Shown: one piece after another, positions 1 to 11,508 of the stretch
Layout: each line of letters begins with the position of its first letter
Numbering within the stretch: the first letter of the stretch is position 1
NCBI GenBank assembly: GCA_002269645.1
Contig: NIVC01001007.1
Coordinates: 1 to 64,000 of the forward strand
Source: Macrostomum lignano
Lineage: Eukaryota
Length of the DNA: 64,000 bases
Reading direction: 5' to 3'
The notes under the pieces: model-generated
Seen by the model: only the letters and a program-made list of their open reading frames with translations
What the model was told of the DNA's origin: nothing
Databases searched by the model: none
Translations under genes and position numbers: made by a program

Positions 1-3000
1 TGCTGCATCAAAGCGGCCGAAATTGCTGCAAAAATCGTCACTTTCAAATCGTCGAGTTCCTCGTACCACTGATCAATGACCAATCAAAAAAAGACTGCTT
101 CATCTGGCCTGCCGAAACGGCTGCTTACGAATGGTCACTTTAAAGCCGTCGAGTTCCTCGTACCACTAATCAATGACCAATCAAAAAAAAGACGCCTGCT
201 GCATCAAGGCTACAAAGAGGCTGCAGAGTATGGTCACTTTCACTCGTCAAGTTCCTCGTACCACTAATCAATGACCAATCAAAAAAAACAACTGGCTGCA
301 TCAAAGTTGCCGAAAAAGCTGGGCAGACGATGGTCATATTCACATTGTTCAGTTCCTTATCTCGTGTCTCTCTACTCCCATCAGAGAGCAAAATCTCCGC
401 TTCCAATGCGTACTCAATGCCTGCTCTCGTCTTGATGAATCTGTCGTTGCCTACTTCGGCCTAAAGCCTCAATGGCTCTTCAATACAACATCCTCAACTT
501 CACTGCTAGCATGGCTATCCAAAACCGGAACTCTCTTCTCAACACCGCCCTCTCTCAAATGACACCACCTCAAATCACACACTCCTCCGTCTCTCCATCT
601 CTCAATCACACGTCGCTCTTGCCGCCAACTCCTCAATCACCTATTCAGCACACCACGTCGATCTACCGTCCATATCGATCTAACAGAGGAAAACACCCGA
701 GCCACCGCTCTCATCTCGCTGCTCATGCTGGTCATCACGAATCATTCACAAACTCATACTACTCGGCGCCTCCATCCACGCTCAGACAACCACGGTCGCA
801 CTGCTCTCTCACGAGCCTGCCAAGCCGGTCACGTGCGAGCAGCCAAGACTCTGATGGATGCAGGAGCCGATGCCAATCATCGAGACAATCACGGCCTCAC
901 CTGTGCGCAACTCGCACAGAGATTCGACCAGCGGCAGGTGCTCCGCCTGCTAAATCCCACCGAGTCAGTTCCCATTAATTGCCATTCCACTTCCTATCAC
1001 TTCAATTCCTCACCTCGCTTCCATTCACACATTCCAGAAAACAACAGCACACCCACACAACCGCTCAAAGCCGCTCAATGTGAGTCTCACTCTCCTTGGT
1101 CCACTCTGCAAATATGCACTCTCACCTCTCCACCCACCACGCTATCCTTCCAGACTCTCTGACAAAGAGCTGCATCAACTGCTCAGCGATGCGGGATTCA
1201 CCCAGCAGAGAGCAGAGTGTCAGCAAAACCTGGCTGACTGGCTACAAGAAGTCGCTCGAGTCCTCACACAGGATCACAGGCGAATGACCGGCAGCTACGC
1301 AGAGGGCTGGGCCAACAGTCTGGTGCAAGTCAACGGCAGGACAGCTGCAGACTCCGACATTAACTGGACTGTGCTGGTTGCTATGCGAGAGTTCCATCTG
1401 GAAAGTGCCTGTGATCGAACAGATTCCTGCAGCAACGACACTGTCAACGACAATGATTCCTGCAGCAACGACACTGTCAACGACAATGATTCCTGCAAAG
1501 ACGCCCCTCGGCTGCAGGTTACGGAGGGGCACGCACAGGTGGCAGTCGAGCAGGTCAGTGACGCTCCGCTCATCATCACAATGCCGACATCCCCAGTCTA
1601 AGCCTGCGTCAACTTTTAAAGTCTCAAATTCAAATTTTCAAATTTTTATTCAATACCTGAACTTCAGAGCTCACAAGTTTAACCAGAGTTTTAGACCTGA
1701 CTCAAATACCTTTCGGCACTCAGTCTGCTCTGAATAAAAACTCCTGAAACCAATCAGACAACTCAAGCCCCAGCAATTGCACTGTGTGATAAATAGGCAA
1801 TTAGATAATAGCATGCACGGTGAGCAATTATTTAGGCCCTAGACAAACCTACTTGGAGCGTTCGGAGATTTTAAAGCTATTAATCCTAATCGCCTATCGC
1901 CGGTCGGCGAGTTCTACCAGTCTTCTCCAATAGCCGCAGATACAGTACAAGAAAATAAAGAACACGAGGGAACACAAACCGAAAGATTTAGAGAGTGATA
2001 ATCCTATTTCAAGAATAACTAACTTGATTGACGGTTTAATTTGATTAGCTGAGTTACAAGATTTAGACAAACGACGCAGATAACTAGAGTTGACAAAACG
2101 ACAATAACGGTTAATAAATAATGATTATATACGCACTGACAAGCGGATCTCAGCTGAAGAAGAAAGAGGCACCGAACACAGGACCACGGAGAAGACTCCT
2201 AACCCCTGGCCTAAACCAGAACCTACTCTCAAACGAGAGCCCTGCCGAACCGACCGTTCAACGGAGTACCGACTAAGTTCTATCGGCACTGCCCTTCAGT
2301 GTAACACTGGGGCCCTCGGGGTCGAGGCCGCGTACTTGATCAGATCCGACAGTCTCTATCTAACCGCGCTTGATAGCGACGACTTCAGACAGGAATTTGC
2401 CGTAGACGTTACGCCACAAGACTACTGCGGTTGGGCGGGAACAAAGATATGGACCGGGGGTGATGAAATCAAAACGCCTCAAAGCGCGAACCAACAAGGG
2501 GAGGAAAATCGGGCCACCGGCCGGGAACTGGACAAGACAAAACCGGGGAAAGGAGAGAAGCGAGATCCGATTGCCAAAACACACTTTCATATATAGTCAG
2601 AGTCAAACCCTCACAAAACCCCCCTCAAGCCGGGTGGTGGTCGTCTGGCCGGCCGCTTGCTTAAGCCGAATTGAACTGTGCCCGCGGCGCCGGGTAGAAC
2701 TGAAACTTGCCGCGTGCCAGGGTCCAGGCCGGTTCTGATTGGCTGACCGCGCAAAGCTGGGGTTCGCAGACACTCTCAACCCTCCGCTGAGTCACAGATG
2801 GCGTCTGATTTCTAGCCTGTTTACAAATTTAGATTCTAACTAACAAGGAAAAAAAAGTACACCAAAAACGTATGACTAACTAAAGCAAAATAACAATTCA
2901 ATAACAATATAGAAACTAATGCAGTCAATTTACAACAAAATAAACGCAAGAGGTTATGAAACAATCACCGCCTCAGAGGTTATGAAACAATTATTAGGCA

Positions 3001-4765
3001 ATGCCTTGCTTTCTCTTTCCCCTTAAAATAATTTTTCTCTGTCTCCGCCCATCATCAACTTCATAACGGTGCGCCTGCATGCATTTCAACGAATACTTTG
3101 CTTCATTCACTGATTGCAGTAGTAGCACTGACACACGAACTCAACCAACTCATTCAAGCAGTTGAAAACCAACCCATCTTGTTCATTCCCCACAATGCCA
3201 CTCTCCGCTCACTTCGCTCTACAGGCAGCCAACCTGCAGTGACAGCCACGCCGTGCGGTGTGCGGCCTGCACAGGACACATGCCATGCGATCGAGTGGGG
3301 CAGTTTCGGCGAGGACAGAATTGAAAAACTGCTTCCTGGTGCTCGTAATTATTACTGGAATTCTGTTGACCTCGTTCGGGCGACCAGACCGAGCTCGACC
3401 AACGAGCTCAGAGTGAGCTTCAGCTTCCAAGAGAAACGGATCATGAGTCAGCTGAGCACAGTCCAGGGCCAGCTGTTCACACTCATCAAGTTCATCTTCA
3501 AGAGACACTTGCCGCTCACTCTGGACACACCTGGACTCAAGACCTACCATGCAAAGACTCTGCTATTCTTCCTGCTGGAGAAGCATGGCACAGATCCTGA
3601 AACTGAGGCTTGGCAGCCCCACAATCTGATCGCTCTGCTCAAGGAGTCTCTTGACATGATGCTGAGCTTCATCGACTCGAGCAGCTCGCCGGATGAGTGC
3701 ATGCCGCACTTCTTCATGCCCGACGCTCAGCTCTACTTCAAGAACGCTGGAATCGGCGGCGACTTCGACAACACGAAAGCGAGGGTTCGAGACCGACTTT
3801 GTGAGCTGAGAAGCGACATCGGCGGAGTGGTCGACCAGCTGAGAAAACACGTGAGACCTCTGCAGTCAGAGAAGTTCTACTTTCACCCGTTCACTCTGCT
3901 TCCTCTAACAGCGCCGCCTGCTGTCACGAAGATCAGGGAAGGAACTGATAGCAAATACCTTATTAGAGATCGGGCGATCAGGGAAGTAATGGGGTGCTTT
4001 GATTTCTACGAGTACTACAAGTTCGCGGACGTGTACTGTGTGGTGCACCAGTGTGTGAGCGAGCTGCAGTCGGAATCGAGCGACAGAGACACCCTGATGA
4101 GGCAGCTCAGTCTCCTGAATCATCATCGGCTGCAGTGGTGCAAGTGCGCCGCCCTGTGCATGACCGCCATGGCGCATTTGAAGTTCGGAGAATCTAAGAA
4201 GGCTGAGAGACTCGCGATTGAGCTGCAGACACATCAGGTCGAGTCAGGGTTAATGCTAAGGGAAATTCAAGTGGGATATTGCCAAACTAAATTGCCGGAA
4301 AACTCAGACTGGGCGTGGAGGTTCTGCCTCCCCTGCGACTCTCCGCCTCGCTTCCCATTCCTTCCCGAGTTCACGCAGACTCTGTTCACAGCCAGACTGT
4401 CGCAGCCTCTCTCCTCCCACCTGTACGTGAACTTCCGCTGCCTGAGCTGGAGTCTCCAAGCTGAGCTGCTCCGCAATCGCGCACCTGCAATTAAACTGGA
4501 GGATTGGAAGCGGGAGCTGGAAGAAGACCCGGACTTGGAGGAGCTGCTCACTCTGGCTCACTACAGCGACTGCCGCGAGCACGTGGAGCTCAGCCTGCAG
4601 CAGATGGAGATGATCGAGAAAGAGAGACGCGTCGCCATGGAGACGCAGGACGAGGAGAAGATCGGCTGGGTCAGGCAGAAGCTGGAGAGACTTGATTCAG
4701 CAGCCGGAGTCCTCAAAGCCTCGTCGCAAAGTCGAGGTCGGAAAAGGAAGGCCGAGTCAGACTGA
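1..4765 (+). pseudogene. Ankyrin-repeat + Mab-21/cGAS-like nucleotidyltransferase, paralog 1 (begins before the window; 5' half frameshifted)
   Basis: Colinear with the intact paralog at 27863-31467. Inferred exons: <1-963, 1038-1079, 1154-1553, 3225-4765 (GTCAGT/GTGAGT donors, pyrimidine-CAG acceptors). There are many 1-nt indels in 1-800. A 1-nt deletion just before the 1553 donor breaks phase with the last exon. The motif reads GSYAEGW...DSDIN instead of DSDID. The last exon is fully open and contains LRVSFSFQEKRIM, GLKTYHAKTLLF and ECMPHFFMPD. Some indels could be long-read errors. Confidence 0.75.
1785..2796 (-). mobile_element. LTR-like insertion in intron 3 of cGLR paralog 1
   Basis: Absent from the homologous intron of paralog 3 (CACTG|CCTCACC... 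there). Termini are TGTGA...TCACA. The minus strand has CCAAT (~2738-2742), a TATA-like motif (~2589-2595) and ATTAAA (~2035-2040). No target-site duplication was found, and extra non-homologous sequence continues to ~3003. Confidence 0.4.
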
Positions 4766-6773
4766 CTGCCAGGAGCGGTGTTCGATGCTGACAAAATTTT
4801 CATGTACTTCGTTTTTTCTAATAAAACTGTTTGTTCTTCTGCTTGCCGACTTGATGGGGCTCTGCCGGTTCTGCATGAAAACACCTCTACATGCTGTTGG
4901 ATTGTTTGTACATGCTTGGAATGTACTACGAATGAGACTGCAGTGACCTGAGGACTTCGTTGCTCAGGTTTTAAAGTTTTCTGGGCTGAAATTTGAGACG
5001 CAAAAACTGTGTACCGCTGGTTCCCCTTATTTTTTCAGTTTAATTCAGTTAATTCCACAGGTGTTTTGCTGTTGGAATGTCTGTACATTTGCCCTTGTTT
5101 AGCTGCCTTTCTAGGAAATGAGCACATCGAGAGCCATCGAGTGCGAGCAGCCCTCCTGCTATTAACTGCAGTTTTGTACATTTTTGCTGATTGAATTGCA
5201 TGCTGAATTGCCTTTTCCGTTCAAACTGCGTTTCTGCTTTGATGCGGGCTTTTCTCTGCGATTTTGTTCTGCGGACTTTAATGCCCAATTGCCAATGCTT
5301 TTTAATGACATATTCATGCCAAATGTGCAGGTAGCAACTATCTGGATGAAGCTGGCAAACTCAAAGGTCGGCTTGGTCAGGGAATAAGAAGTAGGAATAT
5401 ATGATTTCGGTAGCTGGACAAAATGACAAAAGTTTCTGGGGTAAGGCTTACAGTGTTAAATCATAGACTCCTAAAAATAGCATCATATGCTATATCTAGA
5501 AGTCCTTGGTTAAATACATAAGAAGGCTTCTGTCCAGCCTTGCGCGTCTCTATAGTGGGGAGAGAGACAACGATAAGTGTTGATTGAACTGAAGGAAATT
5601 TGCGATTTGAAAGTTGAAAAACTTTTTCTGTTTCGAAACTTTGTCAGTTGAATCTAAAAGGGGTATAAAATTTTAGGACTGGAATTATTTCGTTGACATG
5701 CCTAGTATGACATATTTGCAACAGAATTTTGGTTAGCCTCCCGCAGAGCTAAATTCATTCATTCATAACAACTTGCTATGCTCATTTCCCGAAACTTATC
5801 CAGTGAGCAAAAGAAGAAAAGGCTTCCCCACAGTGCGACTTTTTAACACATTCTCCAAACTTTTTCAAATGTGCGAAATGTTTTGAAGCGGCAAGCAAGT
5901 AACGAGCTATTGTAATGGAGTCCTGAAATAAATACATATTTTGGTTCGATTTTTGTCATGTTGAGTAATCTATAGATACATCTCACCAAAATTTGTCGGA
6001 ATTTAAACTTAACCCCTATTTCTATAAAATGTGATTCCATAAAAGTCTTATTCTGTGCGGCCTTTGAAATTCTAAATGTGCGAATGGAGGAAAATTTTTT
6101 GCTTGGCTCGCTGGCAGGGAACAGAAGGAAAATCGTGTGGGTTAAAATCTTTGGTTCAATTTGACTCAGATGAAATTTGGCGCACCCAATCACAAATGGT
6201 GCCTCAAAGTTCAAATAATTTATTTGCATTGCATTCATCCATTGGCTATCTATATATTGAGTCCACCTTCTGATACAATTTGAAAACAAAAGACTTATTT
6301 CTGAAGCACAATTGTGGAAGTGTAGCTCGTCTAACAAATAGTAGGAAAACAAACGGCATATGCTGTGACAGTGAACCGATTCAGCTCTGGATGGGTGCAA
6401 ATTTGACCATAAGCTTAAGATTATCGAAGCTTCGTATATCAGAATGCACAAACCCAACTTGAATGTGCAGCTTGCTGGCAATGGGGTGGAGCGTGAGCTA
6501 AGAGTACTGTGAGCAGAGCCGTGCCTATTTATCATTTTTCTCTCTCCCTTTCTTGTGTACTTTGCACTTTCTAAATTCTACCGGACTGTTTTGACCCGCC
6601 TCTGGACTGTACAGTGTGTTTTGCTTAAATATATTGGTGGTGTGATCTTAGGTTGATTGGATTTGCCCTGACGACGTCTTGTGTTTGACGAAACGCGTTG
6701 GCTAGAATTAAACAAAGTTTTATTTTATATCTTTTTTGACGTTTATTTCTGAAGCGTTTAGTCAAAAACAGCA

Positions 6774-7715
6774 TTGAGAATAACGGCTTCATTTAGTTGT
6801 CCAATTTGTACAAGCTTGGTAGACTCTCGATCAAGCAACGTCGTTCAACACGTAAAACACATGCATGGCTGCAACCCTGGACCAGTAATCGAATTTGCTA
6901 AGTGGTCACGCAAAGTAGACGTTCAGCTGTGTCTTCTTTGTACGCACTTTGAAAAAGACATGCAGCGGCATTACAAGTCCAAGCATCGACGTGAACACGA
7001 AATTTACAAGAAGGAGCTGTCTGGTACAAAGGTGAAGCTCTTGGCCGCAAATTTGCTGCAAGCAATTCGAATGAACTAAAAGTCTAAATTACAAGCTCAA
7101 GCAGCGCAACCATGCCTAAACATCCGAATGAAGGATTTCTAGCTCGCTGCACCAGCCGCTCAACTCAACGCTGCTCTGCCAGAAGCCGCCGCTGCTGCTC
7201 ACCAGCAGGAAATTGTGCTCCGCAGTCATAGAAACTTTCGACCAGAAACTATTCCTGCCGACACTACTCGACGATTGCTATCAAGGGATGAAAGCGCTTT
7301 TTTAGTTGCAGACGCTGGGGAAAAAGGCCTTGGAGCCTTCGCTTACATTCCGCTAGCAAAGGGTCCTTTGTCTGCGAATACTCAGGTGAGCTACTAACGG
7401 AAATCGAGGCCGTAGAACGTGAGCGGCAGTATGAAGAAATCAACGCTGACATTTGGTACATCTTCTCGTTTGTTGTCTTCAACAAGAACTATGGCATCGA
7501 TGCTGCATTCAGCTCGTCAAAGGCGCTACTTGAATCATTCACGCACTGCACCTAACTGCAAGCAGCGACAAGCGGTTCTACCAGATGGTTCCCGACCGGC
7601 AATCTACTTTACAACTACACGATATGTCGATGTAAATGAGCAGCTGACATTCGACTACCTTAGCGGCCAGTGCGATCCGCAGCTGGAAGCAAAGTATCCG
7701 TGGCTCTGTGACTGA
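6774..7715 (+). pseudogene. C2H2 zinc finger + KMT5A/PR-Set7(SETD8)-like SET-domain gene, disrupted
   Basis: 6774-7079 encodes two C2H2-type fingers (CPIC...HVKHMH; CLLC...HYKSKH). Joining frames across 1-nt indels at ~7364 and ~7524 gives GEKGLGAFAYIPLAKG-FVCEYSGELL...YIFSF...YGIDA...RYLNHSRTAPNC...EQLTFDY...KYPWL, which matches the SET motifs and the terminal PWL of KMT5A. Stops lie between the fingers and the SET domain. Confidence 0.8.
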
Positions 7716-8285
7716 GGCCATATGCTAAAGGCAGCCAAACTCATTGTGCAATTCTGTATGCGCATATTGCCTTCATTTATTCATCTTTTCTTCATCTTTT
7801 CACTTGTTCTTTTTACTTAAGTGCATCTCGTGATAAAAGTTTGTAAATAAGTCTTTTAGGCTTTTTGTGCAATAGCTATTCAAGCTATGAATAAAAATAT
7901 TAAAATTCGAACTTTCAGCATCCAATCACTTATCCTGTTGATAAAACTACGTAGCATATAGATCGAAAGACAAGAGAACCTGGCCGCCGCTACTCTAATG
8001 GAACCAGTCTTGACGATGCCGGATGAACAGTTAGTTCTGTTTGGAAAATATAATAATTTATATAAATTATCTAAATTCATCGTTCTTCTTTTTATTCATT
8101 ACAAATTAGACTGCATTCAGTCCACACTACACTACTGCTATATATATATAAGAAGTTTATATACGGAATTTATCGGAGTGGCAGAAAAATCAAAGCTCAG
8201 AACAGAAGTTTTGCTTGTATCACTCTCTTCTGTAAAAAGTGTCAATTTGTCCAAGAGGGATCTCACTTTTGTCATTTTGAATTTG

Positions 8286-8799
8286 AACATTCAGTGACTG
8301 ACAGCCTGGTAGCTCCCTCATGAGCATTCAGTGACTGACAGCCTGACAGCTCCCTCATGAACATTCAGTGACTGACAGCCTGACAGCTCCCTCATGAGCA
8401 TTCAGTGACTGACAGCCTGACAGCTCCCTCTTGAACATTCAGTGACTGACAGCCTGACAGCTCCCTCATGAACATTCAGTGACTGACAGCCTGACAGCTC
8501 CCTCATGAGCATTCAGTGACTGACAGCCTGACAGCTCCCTCATGAACATTCAGTGACTGACAGCCTGGTAGCTCCCTCATGAACATTCAGTGACTGACAG
8601 CCTGACAGCTCTCTCATGAGCATTCAGTGACTGACAGCCTGACAGCTCCCTCATGAACATTCAGTGACTGACAGCCTGACAGCTCCCTCATGAACATTCA
8701 GTGACTGACAGCCTGACAGTTCCCTCATGAACATTCAGTGACTGACAGCCTGACAGCTCCCTCATGAACATTCAGTGACTGACAGCCTGACAGTTCCCT
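8286..8799. repeat. 37-bp minisatellite, ~14 copies (AACATTCAGTGACTGACAGCCTGACAGCTCCCTCATG)
   Basis: Direct period count; same family as 13384-14590. Confidence 0.95.
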
Positions 8800-9190
8800 A
8801 TTGAGCATCAGCTACACTTCAATTGTTTATTGAATTTATTGCTGTTTTCGTATTTGTCAGAAAACGATAAAATGATAAAATTCCCCAATCTGTACTTCAG
8901 TAGTTTCAGTTGCTTTATTAAAATACGCTCTTAGTAGGTTGGCTTGCGTTTTCCAGTTCAGAAATAAATTTGGAAATAATGGAAGAGTTCGTACATGACT
9001 TCCCGAACTCACCCTTTGTGTTTCCTTCTCCTTAATGCTGCCTTTGAAGTACCGCGAGCTGAAAGCTTTTATGATTTTTGCGTTACCGAATAAACTTCAT
9101 GAATATAATTTGAGAATCCTACAGTTTATTGGTGTACAGCCTGCTGTGTGTGAGGGCGGTCGTACAATCTGAGGCCCTGTCTGACCGTCT

Positions 9191-9590
9191 AAGGCAGCCC
9201 TCACACAGCCCAAGGCAGCCCTCACACAGCCCAAGGCAGCCCTCACACAGCCAAAGGCAGCCCTCACACAGCCAAAGGCAGCCCTCACAAAGCCCAAGGC
9301 AGCCCTCACACAGCCAAAGGCAGCTCTCACACAGCCAAAGGCAGCCCTCACACACAGCCCAAGGCAGCCCTCACACAGCCCAAGGCAGCCCTCACACAGC
9401 CCAAGGCATCCCTCACACAGCCAAAGGCAGCCCTCACACAGCCAAAGGCATCCCTCACACAGCCAAAGGCATCCCTCACACAGCCAAAGGCAGCCCTCAC
9501 ACAGCCAAAGGCATCCCTCACACAGCCAAAGGCATCCCTCACACAGCCAAAGGCAGCCCTCACACAGCCACAGGCAGCCCTCACACAGCC
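9191..9590. repeat. 21-bp minisatellite, ~19 copies (AAGGCAGCCCTCACACAGCCM)
   Basis: Direct period count; the overlapping ORFs are repeat artefacts. Confidence 0.95.
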
Positions 9591-10375
9591 TCCGCTAAGA
9601 TAAACGAGGTAGAATACAATAAAACGGTAGTTTCCGATTAGCCATATCAATATATTTGATAACTGTGTTTTGAATAAGCGAGCTGCAAGCAGGAGAAGCC
9701 TGAGACACTTCGCTATGACTAAGCTACTCCAATGCTCTTATTAATCCATTGTACATAGCATACGTCTATCTATTTAGTCTGAGACCAATACGCTAATATT
9801 CATAAATCAGTAGTCATGGCAGTGCTCAGTCTTACCCACCGTTTACAGGTGTTTGCAGAAGAAATCGGCACGCTTAGATCACAGCAACTATTTGCAAACG
9901 AGTTGGTTAAGCAAGTCAGAAGTTGGTAAAGAGAGTAAAAGATTGGCATTGACCCCGCGCTTATTTATAGTAAATTTTCAACCACCAAGCTTATCCCGTT
10001 GCTAAGGAAACCATATCTCTATTGCAACGCATCTTCAATCTAAAGCTAAGAATGCTCTTCAGAAGCGGTGCTCAAACCCGAACAATTCTCCAATCCAGCT
10101 TCTTTCTTCTGCATCATTCGCAACCAGAAATTCAAACCAATGAACAACGAGCATTATTCATGAAAATCTCATATCCGCCACCCAACTTTTATTCGCAGCT
10201 CAAAGCCGAACAGCATTCGATGCTCAGCCACTGAGCGTCACAGCGAGAGCCGCCTCAGAGACCCGTGGCGGCAGCTGCAGCTGACACGGAGGCAGCTGTG
10301 CACCTTCTTGACGGAATTGACTGCCTGCTGCCGAGCTGGAGATCAGAGCTGCTGACTGCCGCACCGATGCTGATG

Positions 10376-10637
10376 CCTCTCCCTCTCCCGCCTCTCCCTC
10401 TCCCGCCTCTCCCTCTCCTGCCTCTCCCTCTCCCGCCTCTCTCTCTCCCGCCTCTCCCTCTCCTGCCTCTCCCTCTCCCACCTCTCCCTCTCCCGCCTCT
10501 CCCTCTCCTGCCTCTCCCTCTCCCGCCTCTCCCTCTCCCTCTCCAGCCTCCCTCTCCCGCCTCTCCCTCTCCCGCCTCTCCCTCTCCCTCTCCAGCCTCC
10601 CTCTCCCGCCTCTCCCTCTCCCGCCTCACCCTCTCCG
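10376..10637. repeat. Pyrimidine-rich ~15-bp repeat (CTCCCTCTCCCGCCT)
   Basis: Visible tandem units with 6-bp sub-repeats. Confidence 0.9.
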
Positions 10638-10854
10638 CATGTCACTACTGGCTGAAGGATAAAAGCTTTGTTTCAAATTCTGTTATAGTGGGGCTCCCTA
10701 TTGGCTGAAATATTATCTCCGACCTTTGCCGAAAAAGTGAATACATATAGTTATTTGTTCTGAAATGTTGAATCTGCAAGTGTCGCCAGTCAAAAATATC
10801 CCCCGGACAACCCTTTGCCGGCGGAGGATGATCCCAAGAAGCAGTGAGCAGGCG

Positions 10855-11490
10855 AGTCCTACATCTGCCCATACGACTCGGTCGGGATCGCACAATCAAG
10901 GCTCAGCCAGCCTGTCCGAAGATGGCCGAAGTGCTAAAAAATGGAGGATCTGAAAAATCGCCGCAGAGAGTTGAAGCCGGCTACTGATGTCACTGTGAAG
11001 CAACTGTAGCGCACACGCAAGTGCGGCATCCCAGACCTCCCAGCAGTGCCGCATTTGCAGTGCATGGCGGGCCACCAGGGAGGCCGTCAACTCGCACATC
11101 CGCCGCCTGCACAAGGAAGACCGAAATCTGAAGGACCTGAAGTGCTGCGCTCTGAAGCAAAGCAGCTTCAGCTTCGGAGAAGAGCGGCCGATTTCTAAGA
11201 AAGCTTCAACGCCAGTCGCTTACTGAAGCCGAGCTCTGCCGCAGCTGGAAAGTCATTCGGACAGCACGAAAAGACAGGACGAAATCGTCACTGAAGAGAG
11301 GCCGGGTCTGGGAAGGCAGACTGGCAGATCTGCACGAGGCCAAACTGGCGACATCAGAACAAATTCTTGCCGGCTTCGAAATGCAGGATAAGGTCCTGGA
11401 GCAGCCAAGGCGGACCCAGATGTCGGATCAAGGCAAGAAAATGTATTTCAATTGTTTTTCTTGCAACACCTTTGTCAATGAGCTGTTAGC
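10855..11490 (+). pseudogene. Degenerate C2H2 zinc-finger gene relic
   Basis: 11047-11112 translates to CRICSAWRATREAVNSHIRRLH (C-x2-C-x12-H-x4-H). An upstream decayed finger-like segment YICPYD...SRLSQ lies at ~10860. Stops and frameshifts surround both. Confidence 0.5.
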
Positions 11491-11508
11491 TTCTTAGAGA
11501 AAGACATC

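Noticed and set aside
3209-4695. Antisense and alternate-frame ORFs over the cGLR and ABCA exons
   Set aside because: These are shadow ORFs of GC-rich coding sequence and are explained by the sense genes.
9097-10708. Low-complexity ORFs (poly-QPSHS, GEAGE, LPLPP)
   Set aside because: They lie entirely within the 21-bp and 15-bp repeats.
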